Positions 1 through 9,169 of a stretch of 20,000 bases of DNA are shown one piece after another. The first letter of the stretch is position 1; the number at the start of each line of letters is the position of its first letter. The position numbers and the translations under genes were made by a program. The DNA comes from Thelocarpon superellum (Eukaryota), in the NCBI GenBank assembly GCA_026025795.1, contig JAPEUG010000038.1, forward strand, positions 53,795 through 73,794, read 5' to 3'. Below the pieces are notes generated by a model. That model was not told where the DNA came from. It saw nothing but the letters and a program-made list of their open reading frames with translations, and made no database searches.

Positions 1-260
1 CTGTCGCCGAAGTTAAGCAGTCCGATGGCCAGACCACCCAGGATGACGGTAAAGTTCAGCCAGCTCAGAAAGGTTCGCTCGTTGGCGAAGAAGACCTTGG
101 GCTCGACGCGGACCGGGAGGGCGATGCGCTTGCCTGGACGACATCAGTCTGTGCCGCGCCACCGGGGCAGCGTCTTTCGAGCGCGGTCCTGGACGCCTGC
201 GCCTGATCGGCCTGGGGGAGACGTACCCGGTGCGGTCTGAAGCAGAGGTTGGGATGACAT
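1..260 (-). CDS. VTC1: Vacuolar transporter chaperone 1 (VTC polyphosphate polymerase complex small subunit); 5' part only, runs off the window start
   Basis: Not in the ORF track. Exon 1 260..227, intron 226..134 (GTACGT...ACTGAT...CAG, 93 nt), exon 2 133..<1. Spliced protein [55 protein letters not shown] matches the hallmark Vtc1/DUF202 N-terminus. Confidence 0.95.
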
Positions 261-919
261 CTCGAGTGGGTGGGCGCGTTGACCACGCGGCGCCGCGACC
301 TAACTGGACCCCTCCTGGGCGCGAGAGAGCTGCGGGCCGTCGAGATTGAGCTTCGTTGGGAGAGGAAGCTGTCCCCAGATCGATCAGCTTCGGCCTATCA
401 GGTATGAGGGATGAGGAATGAGGGAGTCCACGCCGAGCGGAGGTCTTCTACCTCCACGATCAGAGGAGCGTCTTCACCGCAGCCATCGAGCACATTCCAG
501 TCCTGTCGTGCCACCCTGCTCCTCTGACGCTCTTGACTTGGCCGGGGCAGCACGAGTAGTCCTTCTTTACTGGGCCTAGGCTGGCAAGCAGAGGGCGAGG
601 TCTAAGCGAGACTGATATCGTGCCCCACTACGCGCGAATGATTCGTTCGCATCGAGGCTCCGCAGTTTGCCGAACTAACTTGAATTTCTGAACGACGAAC
701 GAACATGGTGCGGGCGAGTGAAGGGCCCGCAGCGCCAAGCGACCCCTACGGTAACGAGGAGACCGTCGCTGAGGCAAGTCGAGACGAGGCTATTGTCGAC
801 AGGAGACAGACGCTCGGACTGCTGGCATGGTGGTCGTGGATAAACATTGCTGCAACACGCAAGCTGACGCACGACCACCCTCTTGACCAAATCATCCTAC
901 TCTGCAGCCTTCCTACAAG

Positions 920-1614
920 ATGGAGAAAAGTACGGCACCTGCCAGCGTGACGAGCCCTGTGGGTGCACACAGTTGCGGGGTCGTCGCGGATTTGACTGAT
1001 TCCTGGCGCAGCCATTCACTCCCGCCCGCCTCAGCCAGATTGCATCCGAGGTGAGCGGCGCCGTGGGCCACCGCCCGGCTGTCGGCCCGACCTTGCTGAT
1101 GACCATCTTAAAGGCCTGCAACGCAGCGTTGCGAGACGCCACGACGTACGATCACGCGCAGACGGAATCATGGAACAACACCATCATCGTATGTTGGCAC
1201 CTGCGACTCCCGACCAGAAGGAGAGATGGAGCCACGGGTTGGGCTGATCACGATCTTCACTGGCAGAACACCATCCTCCAGGCGTTGATCGCCGAGTCTC
1301 CCACCACACCACCCAACAATGCTCCGGCCTTTAAATATGCCGTCAACAGTACCATCATCCAGCATCAGACCATCTCCACGACGACGGCCACGGCCACGGC
1401 CACGGCCGCGACGACGACCGACGAAGGCTCCTCGACCGCATCGGACGCGCTTGGTGGGACACGGAAAAAGCAACATAGCGAGCGCAGAGGGATGCACAGC
1501 GCCATGGGGGCGTATTGGAACAATGAGCGTGATGGCCTCTGGAGTTACAAGTATGACGGAGGCGAAGCACGGGGGATGGATGTCGTCGTCAGTCTCTTCT
1601 GGATTGGACTCTAA
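920..1614 (+). CDS. Tctex-1 family cytoplasmic dynein light chain (~166 aa)
   Basis: Exons 920-958, 1012-1050, 1114-1188, 1267-1614. Introns GTGGGT..CAG (53 nt), GTGAGC..AAG (63 nt), GTATGT..CAG (78 nt), each with a CTGAT-type branch point. Protein MEKSTAPASVTSP-PFTPARLSQIASE-ACNAALRDATTYDHAQTESWNNTII-NTILQALIAE...FKYAVNSTIIQH...RGMHSAMGAYWNNERDGLWSYKY...MDVVVSLFWIGL carries fungal Tctex-1 motifs. The first exon boundary is less certain (alternative in-frame GT at 947). Confidence 0.88.
1384..1407 (+). repeat. (ACGGCC)4 hexamer microsatellite encoding a Thr-Ala run in the Tctex-1 variable loop
   Basis: Read directly: acggcc x4. Confidence 0.85.
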
Positions 1615-1754
1615 GTGTGGGATGTGGAGTCAATGAAGCAAATGCCACCCCGCCTCTCCCCCAGTCTCTCCTCGGCCCGCTCCATGGTTGTGGTGATACC
1701 TCCACTGCTCGGTGTCCGCAGACCTGGTGCACGACGAAGGTGAGACATGGCCGT

Positions 1755-2677
1755 CTAGAGGCCAAACCTGAATCCTCCATTGGCGCAGATGACGCTGCCG
1801 GTACACCATGCGGACTCTGCGCCGCAGAGCATGCCGACGACGCCGGCAATGTCATCGACGTGTGCAGGTCTGCCGCCCAACACGTCGGCCTTTTTCAGAA
1901 GCTCCTTGCTATCCAGGTCCTCACGCACGGCCATCAGCGGGGTCAATACGGTCCATGGCCGCAGGGCCGCCATGAGGGCATCCGGCGCGCGGTCCATCAT
2001 GGCCGTCGCCACCGGGCCCGGATTGACCGAGTTGACGGTCGCCCGCTCGGCCAGCTCCCGTGCCCAGGTCCGCGTCATGCCATCCAGCGCGGCCTTGGTC
2101 CCACCATACACCGAGTGTCCGCTCATGCCCGCGGTGGCGGCGATGCTCGAGACATTAACGATGCGACCGCTGCGATCGTGCGGCAGGTAGGGCAGCACCT
2201 CTCCCACCAGCAGCAGCGGTCCCAACACATTGATGTTGTACATGCGGTAGAAGGCCTCGGGCGTCACCTCGCCGACCTTCGACCCGCCGCCCACGCCGGC
2301 ATTGTTCACGAGGATGTCGACGCGAAAGGCGCCCGTCTTCGGGTCAGCGAAGTGCTCCTTCGCTCCGCTGACGAGTGTGCCGGCTCCGGCAGGATCGCCC
2401 AGGTCCGCTTGCACCGGGTGTACCCGCACGTCGTGGCTGGCTCGAAGCTCGGACGCTAGGGCTTCGGCATCGCGGGTGGAAGCGTCCGAGGCGTAGTTGA
2501 GCACAAGTGAACATCCCTTGCGCGCCAGATTTCGCGCCACACCCGCACCGATGCCTATGACGCATGGAGGTCAGCTTTACTCGGCTTTACTGCCCACTCC
2601 TGAGCGGGAACCTGTTGGACCTCACCTCTCGAAGAACCGGTGACAATGGCGAGTTTTTCTTTGAGCGGTTGCGACAT
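1755..2677 (-). CDS. Classical short-chain dehydrogenase/reductase (3-oxoacyl-ACP-reductase-like NAD(P)-binding oxidoreductase, ~283 aa)
   Basis: Exon 1 2677..2626 (MSQPLKEKLAIVTGSSR-G), intron 2625..2555 (GTGAGG..GCTGAC..TAG, 71 nt), exon 2 2554..1755. Splicing restores the TGxxxGxG motif (TGSSRGIG). Also DILVNNAG, NVSS, catalytic YGGTK, VNSVNPG and a C-terminal TGSVICANGG. Confidence 0.93.
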
Positions 2678-3476
2678 GATCCTCTCTTTTTCCTCCAAAG
2701 ATTTGGGGCGATCTGATGAGGATGGAAGTTCATGTGCTGATGATCATGCCCATTCATCGAGGCACGGCCCCGGCAATTGTAGAGAGTCAATTCGGTCTCC
2801 ATTTCTAAGCTGCTTCCCTTATTTGTCAGACTTGTTGATCTTCACCTACGTGACGTCCACCCAATGTCTATTTCTAACCTGTCTGAGATTGGATATGCAA
2901 GCGTCAAAAGTGGCCTGAGTGGGTGCACGACTCGGAAACCTAGTGTCCTCTTCGTCCGACGACGGACGAACGTACGCAGAACGAACTGTTTCAGCCAGCT
3001 CAGCAATAGTCTTCTTCCTCGGATCTACGTTCACCCGTCCAGCTCAAGGCTTGTTGACGAGGCTGTGGACGACTAATTTCCTGAGTGATTAGGGAAATGA
3101 AATCTGGTGGTGGCCCTCCAAAGGAGCCGCAAGCGATTGTTGGAGGTGAGACTCTTGACTGGCCCGAAGGCGGAGGGATTGACCAAGTAGATTTCGCTCT
3201 TCATCTCCGCGAGTACGGACACATCCGTCGTCCGCGGTTGCTATTCGTCGCCGCGGCCCCTGGCCAGCACTCACTGGTACGACCGACGCACAGGCACTCT
3301 ACCGTGATTGCGGTGCCGACCTCCGTTGTCGAAGAAGTGGGGTAAATCTACGATTCTCTTCGTAGAAGTCGCAAAAGATGAGTCATTGGAAGTGATCGGT
3401 AGCATACCCACCGACGGTAGTCCCTGATGCGACTGTCCAATCCATTGAGAATCGAACATGAAGAGGTGGCGGACGA

Positions 3477-3554
3477 GACTGGGTCGTCATCACGTAAGAA
3501 GTATACGACTCCCGGGACTGGGTCGTCATCACGTCAGAAGTATGCGACTCCCGG
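3477..3554. repeat. 39-bp direct tandem duplication (2 copies, 2 mismatches) in the SDR / hypothetical-gene divergent intergenic region
   Basis: gactgggtcgtcatcacgtaagaagtatacgactcccgg (3477-3515) followed by gactgggtcgtcatcacgtcagaagtatgcgactcccgg (3516-3554). Confidence 0.9.
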
Positions 3555-3817
3555 GCCCGGCTCTTCCCTGCCTCTGTAGCCTGGCCATACGAAGAAGCGA
3601 CGCGTGGGGCTTACGCAAGCTCGACGGGCAGGCAGGCCACTTGAAGGATAGCATGGGCGAGCTCCCTCGGCTCTAACCGAATCAAGTCAAGGTCTGCTGC
3701 AGTAGAGGTGTCTGCCTGATGGTCCAGCTCTCGGGCGGGGCAATGGCTTAAGAGGGTGCGAGCTGGAGAGCAAGCTTCTCCGATGCATCTGTCGTGAAGC
3801 GGATCGCTGTCGCAATC

Positions 3818-5644
3818 ATGTCGTCGCTGCCCTGTTACGTGCCTCCTCCGCCGTATTGTCCCCGCGACCCGAGTGGCACGTCTCGGCCACGAGCCATTGG
3901 CGACCAGCTGGTGCTGGGGGAGCAGCAAGAGAGCTCAAACGAGACGCACGGACGCGATGCAGATCCGCGCATCGCTGGCATCCTCCCAACACCCCCTGTG
4001 TCACCTGGTGTGAGCGATTCCAGTGCTCCTTTCAGCGGCCTGGATAGCGTGGATGACGTCGAGCACGCCGCAGCTTCGCCCATCGCTCGCTACTTCGCCT
4101 GCCGGGCACCGACGTTACCATGCCCTAGCGACGTCGTCGTGCATGACTTGATCATTCCTCAAGATGCTCGACCAGGGCATCTGCCGTTCCCACAGCCCGA
4201 AGCGCTGTGGCTTGCCCGAGAAGTCACGCATCTGGACTGGTTGACCTTCCTGAACTATCTCTTTCCGAATCATACGACGCGGACCAACGCGGAAATTGCG
4301 GAGAGGAAGCTCGTGGCGGAGCTTGAGTCCATTTACCAGGTAACGGGGGAAACAGTTGCCCGGAATGACAGCACAGCGAAGCTTTGCGAATGGTCGGGCG
4401 CGGCCAAAGATGGGGGTTTCCCGTCAAGCGAGGCCGTTGAGGAAGAGCGACAGAGGATCAAGGCGATAGTCGCAGAGTGGAACACGGGTTTCTTCCGGCT
4501 TCGCGGCATCGTGGTTGTCGGCAGCACCCATCCCTCTACCATCGAAGCCCCTGCCTCTGCCGACGCAGACTTTGACAATCGCCCAAGCCCGACGTCGAGC
4601 GCGGCCGATTCCCAGCGCGCCGCGAGAAATTTGGGCGAGATGGCCGACCCCTCACCTCTCGGAATGCTGAAAGTCCTCCGGCATTATGTCAACTCCAATC
4701 ACACGGGCTCGAGCGGATCCAGATGCCCAATCGAGGCCTCTCGAGCGCACGTCCACACCCACGTTAGCCATCGACCGCGACGAGCCCGATCTTCATCCGC
4801 GTCAAGCAGCTCATCCTCGTCGTCGGACGCGTCTACGCGCTCGATCCGGTCCAAGACGTCTTCACTTCTCAACTGTCTCGACCTTGGCGATGCCAACACA
4901 CTGCGGCACACTCTGATCGAGATGCTCGCCGCCAAACAGCAGCGGCCTGAGGGATCGTCAACTTTCCACGACCTCAGGCGCGAGATCAAACGGGCCCACA
5001 AGCAGACATGGAAGGCGCAAAAGGAGTTCTTCCGGCTCGATCGCGAGACCAAGAAGGAGCTCAAAGGCACGCTTCATCGTGTTCGTGACGAGTACCGCGC
5101 CGAGTGGAAGCGGCAGAAGCGAGAGATTCACCAGGTAAAGCGTGACATCCACCACCCAGCCAGGCGCGAGAGGCGGTGCGAGACGAAGGGCGAGGACCGT
5201 ACGCGCGGATCTGGCGGCTGTCATGGACGTGGCTGTGGCCGTGGCCATGGCCGTGGACGTGAACATGGACATGGACGTGAATGTGGACATGGACGTGAAT
5301 GTGGACATGGACGTGAATGTGGACATGGACGTGAATGTGGACATGGACGTGAATGTGGACATGGACGTGGACGTGGACGTGAACGTGAACGTGGAAAAGG
5401 AGACGCGCATGTGCATGGGCATGAGCACGAAGTACCAAATGGCCTCGGCCGACTTGATCGCCACAGCCACGGCCACGGCCATTGGCACGGCTACTGGCAA
5501 GGGAGCAGACAAGGTCCCGAATCACGAGCTTCCGACACATCCAGTCTCTTCAGCCGTTCTTACCGCGCCCTGCCCTTCAGGCGCCGCCTTATCGATGCCG
5601 GTGTTAACGATCAGGAATCGGGCATCATATCGACAGTGGGATGA
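3818..5644 (+). CDS. Hypothetical fungal protein (~608 aa): conserved-looking N-terminal segment, Ser-rich linker, basic coiled coil and Gly/His/Cys-rich tail
   Basis: Single 1.8-kb ORF; first ATG at 3818 (caatcATGtcg), whereas the ORF track begins at GTG 3794. The segments 'LPFPQP..W..REVT..DWLTFLNYLFP' and 'RIKAIVAEWNTGFFRLRGI' resemble a recurrent uncharacterised Pezizomycotina family (from recall, not searched). Confidence 0.72.
   Translation: MSSLPCYVPPPPYCPRDPSGTSRPRAIGDQLVLGEQQESSNETHGRDADPRIAGILPTPPVSPGVSDSSAPFSGLDSVDDVEHAAASPIARYFACRAPTLPCPSDVVVHDLIIPQDARPGHLPFPQPEALWLAREVTHLDWLTFLNYLFPNHTTRTNAEIAERKLVAELESIYQVTGETVARNDSTAKLCEWSGAAKDGGFPSSEAVEEERQRIKAIVAEWNTGFFRLRGIVVVGSTHPSTIEAPASADADFDNRPSPTSSAADSQRAARNLGEMADPSPLGMLKVLRHYVNSNHTGSSGSRCPIEASRAHVHTHVSHRPRRARSSSASSSSSSSSDASTRSIRSKTSSLLNCLDLGDANTLRHTLIEMLAAKQQRPEGSSTFHDLRREIKRAHKQTWKAQKEFFRLDRETKKELKGTLHRVRDEYRAEWKRQKREIHQVKRDIHHPARRERRCETKGEDRTRGSGGCHGRGCGRGHGRGREHGHGRECGHGRECGHGRECGHGRECGHGRECGHGRGRGRERERGKGDAHVHGHEHEVPNGLGRLDRHSHGHGHWHGYWQGSRQGPESRASDTSSLFSRSYRALPFRRRLIDAGVNDQESGIISTVG
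5267..5368 (+). repeat. 18-bp minisatellite GGACATGGACGTGAATGT x5 (plus a partial copy) encoding (GHGREC)5
   Basis: Five perfect copies at 5267-5356, then GGACATGGACGT, flanked by related hexamers (GGACGT, GAACGT, GGCCGT). Confidence 0.95.
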
Positions 5645-5794
5645 GAGCGGGAATAAGGGGTTTGCTTTTGAGCATTGAAGGAATCATGAACGAGTCAATG
5701 AATCATGAGGGGCTAGTCAATACATCATGACCAACTTTCGTTCCGACCATCGATCGATACGTCATTTGATTGTGCTTTCTTTCCTTCCTTCTTT

Positions 5795-6612
5795 CTATTT
5801 CGACGCTGCTTCGTTCCGCTCAACGAGATCACCGACGCCCAGCCCCCTGCCCACCTTGACTTTCCGCTTCTTGCCACCCGACACGGGCGTCGTCTTCTTC
5901 TTCGCCGCTCCGCCGCCATCTTCCGCGCCCTCTGCATCACCAGTCTCCCCCTTCTTGGCCAAAGTCCCCACCTCGTCTCCCTCATCCGCCGCCGCCGCCG
6001 TCGCCGCCTCGTCTGCCTCATCGTCGCTGTCGTCATCCAGACCCTGTTCCCGGATGAAGCCCAGGTCCTGCTTCATGCTGTATGCGTCCTCGCCGTCGGC
6101 GTAGTATTTCTGCTCCACCTTCTCCACCTTGAATTGCAGAGTGTCTCGGTAGAGATGTAATGCGGCGACGTTGGAGACTCGTACGTGTAGCGATACGTAG
6201 TGTGCCCCGAACGTCTCGACCATTGCTCTCTCTACGCCGACGTGGACGGCGTTAGCATGCCTGCATTGCACGACCAGGTAGCAGAGGAGGGAGACCCACG
6301 ACTCTGCCGCATCAGTTTCTCCGCCAGACCAAGCCGCCGATGCGTGCGCATGACGGACAAGCTGGTGATATGACCGTGCTGGACCCCGTCCGCCGGGTCC
6401 TCCTCCATCTTGGCCAGGACGTAGCCGACGATGCGAGGGGGATCATAGGGGGTTTTGGGAGGGCGGGAGGCGTCGACGGCGACGTAGGACAGCTGGGGCC
6501 ATGACAGTGCGTGGTACAGGTAGTATTTGCAAAAGTAGTTTTCCGGTAGGTTGGTGATGTTGGTGGTTTGGACGTGCGGGATGTCCGAGGGTCGTAGTTG
6601 CCGGATGTCCAT
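5795..6612 (-). CDS. ARD1: N-terminal acetyltransferase A catalytic subunit Ard1/Naa10 (~249 aa)
   Basis: Exon 1 6612..6300, intron 6299..6232 (GTGGGT..GCTAAC..TAG, 68 nt), exon 2 6231..5795. Motifs [77 protein letters not shown]. Confidence 0.97.
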
Positions 6613-7033
6613 GGTGAGGTTGGGTGTGTTTGTGGTCTACGAGTTTGATCTTGTGTACGGACGTGGTCGAGGACTCAACGAGGGGGGAGTCGAAGGGTGG
6701 AATGGGGTGGGGTGCTGTCAAGTCTGCTTGCAGCTCACGCCGGATAGTTTTCGTTTGTGAGGTCTATCGTAGAGGGAGACACGAGTGGCATACTCGTACA
6801 GGCAGGGCTTCGGGGAGACGTAAGGGAATCTCAGGCGGTCTCGCCCGGGACTCCCGCCTAAGTGAACGGTTCTCCATGTTTCGCCCCGTAAACGTCAACT
6901 TTCAACTTCTCGCCCCCCCCCCTCACACCCTCCCGGGATCTTCATCCCGCGCCTATCAAACACGCGCCGCGATTTTGGCCAACTCGACCACCGCCTGCTG
7001 CCTGAGCCAGCAAAGACTACCCGACACCACCGC

Positions 7034-7069
7034 ATGGCACCAAGCCACCATGACAGGATGACAAGATGA
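7034..7069 (+). promoter_or_regulatory. Putative overlapping upstream ORFs in front of the 7066 start codon
   Basis: ATG ACA GGA TGA at 7050-7061 (context GCCACCATG). ATG ACA AGA TGA at 7058-7069, extended in frame by an ATG at 7034 (MAPSHHDRMTR*). Its TGA overlaps the main ATG at 7066. The transcription start is unknown. Confidence 0.4.
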
Positions 7070-8872
7070 AGCGTACGACGCTCAACGGCGCCATGCCCTC
7101 GCGCAAGGCGACCTTCGCTGAGCGGGCGCAGAGCCTGGCGCAACTGATGGAAAAGTCCTCGGCGCAACTTCAGCGCGCTGGGAAGGACAACCGCGCGCGA
7201 CCCCCTTCCCGGTCCGGGCCCGACCCCATCCGACGTACCCTGCACCTGTACGACCAGATTCGCGGCGACGTGGAGCAGGACCAGCGTAACGAGCTCGCGC
7301 GGCAGGCGCACCGCGAGGCCGTCGACAGCTTGCGGGTGGAGTTGCGCGACGACGTCCTTCACATGCTGCGCAAGGAGCTGTCGGACGGGGTGAAGGCGGA
7401 CTTGCGCGAGGAGCTGCGCGACCAGCTGGCGCAGGATGTCGCGCACGAGCTGCGCCTCGAGCTCAGGGACGACGTCGTACGGGATCTTCGACTCGATTTG
7501 GGCTCGGACGTGGCGGAGGAGTTGCGTGAGGAGTTTGCCGAGGCGCTGGAGCCAGAAGTGAGGCACCAGCTGCGACATGTGCTGAGAGAGGGCGTCGTGG
7601 CGGATCTACGCGCAGAAGGGACCGAGATGCTGAAAGACGAGCTGCGGCGCGAGATGGCACTCGCGCTGGAGGCCGAGGTCGTGGCACAGTTGCGTGAGGA
7701 GTGGAGGGATTCGACGATGCGCGAGCTGCGTCGGGACTTGAAGGAGGACTTGAAGAGGGAGATCCAGCGTGGCATGTCGGCGGTGGCGGCGACGGACGAC
7801 GACCGCGGGAGTCAAGACGACAGCCTCCATGATGCCAACGACAGCGCGTCGCGCAAACGACTCCGGACCCCGGACGGCGAGGCACAGCACGCAGAGGAAT
7901 CGTCAGCAAAGAAGCAGCGCGTCAACGCCGAGCATCTTGAAGCCATCGCGACTCTTGCCAGTAGCATCCCGCTCGATCCTAACGTCGTCAGCGACGTCCG
8001 CTATCCTGATCTCAGCTTCCACGACCACGCCGATGAATCGCATACGCTCTCTCGATCACATCATGCGTTCCCCCTCGTCTATCCGCCGGGACTGGCACCT
8101 TCGGTCGATGATCTCGCCATGGACCAGTCCCAAGACTTTGTTACGGCCCCGTCCTCGGCGCCACTCAGCCAATACGAGACCAACCACTTCTCTACGGTCA
8201 ACGTGGACGCAGCGGGACTTCAGATACCCGGGACCAATGGCGATGGAGATCAGCGAAATCGTCTTATCCCCGGCGCGGAGGACGACGAAGAAGGAGAGAC
8301 GTCGGACGCGGACGCGGACGAAGATGAAGACGACGCGGAAGTAGGCGACGAGGAAGTGGAGGAGGGAGGGGAGAGCGAGGACGAGGGAGAAGACGAGGGC
8401 GAAGAGGAAGAGGGAGAGGAGAACGAAGAAATCTTCGACTCAGAAGACGAGACATCGATCCCCTCATCGCAACTTCACGGCGATTTGGCCGGGACCGCTG
8501 CCACAACTGCATCCTCGACGCAGCAGAACGCACCGACAGAAGCCATCGTCGTTGATCTCTGCGATTCCTCGGATGACGATGATCAGCCTCGTGCGGTGGG
8601 TTTCGATGGGGCCAACGACGAGGAGGATGAGGAAGACATAGAAGAGGATGGGCTTGAGGGGGAGGCAGGAGAGGATGAGGTTGAAGAGGAAGCGGATGAA
8701 GAGGATGAGGCACTACCGGAGGAAGATGATGATGATGGAGATGGGGTCGAGGAAGGAGACGAGGAAGGGGAAGAGGAAGTGGAAGTGGAGGAGACGGTTG
8801 AACCGATCAACGACGACAACAGTGAAGGTCACGAGGATGAGGGTGAGGATGAGGGCGGGGATGAGGGCGAGG

Positions 8873-8917
<45 letters not shown>

Positions 8918-8943
8918 GAGTGGCTGAAGACGAAGAATCATGA
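7066..8943 (+). CDS. Hypothetical protein (625 aa): 4-residue-periodic helical repeat, bipartite NLS-like motif, SIM-like motif, very acidic C-terminal third
   Basis: Uninterrupted 1.9-kb ORF with GC-ending codons, divergent from ARD1 (453 bp apart). LRxELRxD-type repeats at aa 89-237, RKRLR...KKQR, IVVDLCDSSDDDD, and D/E tracts. Confidence 0.8.
8875..8916 (+). repeat. (GAGGAC)7 hexamer microsatellite encoding (ED)7
   Basis: Seven perfect copies read directly. Confidence 0.92.
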
Positions 8944-9169
8944 CTTCAAAATGGGAGACGGTACAGCGTTGGCGGTACGCACGTTGGAGTATCGGTTCGT
9001 AGCCCTGCGTTAGAGAGCGTCGCATAGCACTAGGCGCAGTAGATTTGGTAAAACAGATCATGATATCAATGCATTACTACTCCAGGGTTGTGCTATTTAC
9101 ACATGGGTTGACGCTGTGTCGACGCCTTCATCATCAACATCGACCCCGTCGTCGCCGTCTATGGGCGGT

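Noticed and set aside
439..455. GGAGGT-cttct-ACCTCC small inverted repeat in the VTC1/Tctex divergent promoter
   Set aside because: A 6-bp stem is expected by chance in 20 kb.
1755..1757. Stop-codon readthrough giving a cryptic peroxisomal signal on the SDR
   Set aside because: The stop context is TAG ACG rather than TGA CTA, and the extension ends in SHT, which is not a PTS1.
1617..2459. 280-aa + strand ORF antisense to the SDR
   Set aside because: Mirror-frame shadow of a GC3-rich gene with a non-ATG start.
2846..3459. Three short minus-strand ORFs upstream of the SDR as a possible spliced gene or pseudogene (GTGAGT at 3274)
   Set aside because: I could not build a consistent spliced model or recognise any family.
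5267..5368. Possible CRISPR-like array
   Set aside because: Head-to-tail repeats with no spacers, in frame within a eukaryotic CDS, and no cas genes.
4958..5678. Several overlapping ORFs with (STFTSM)n, (HVHVHI)n and (MDVNVD)n repeats
   Set aside because: Alternative-frame readings of the stop-free 18-bp minisatellite, with no independent support.
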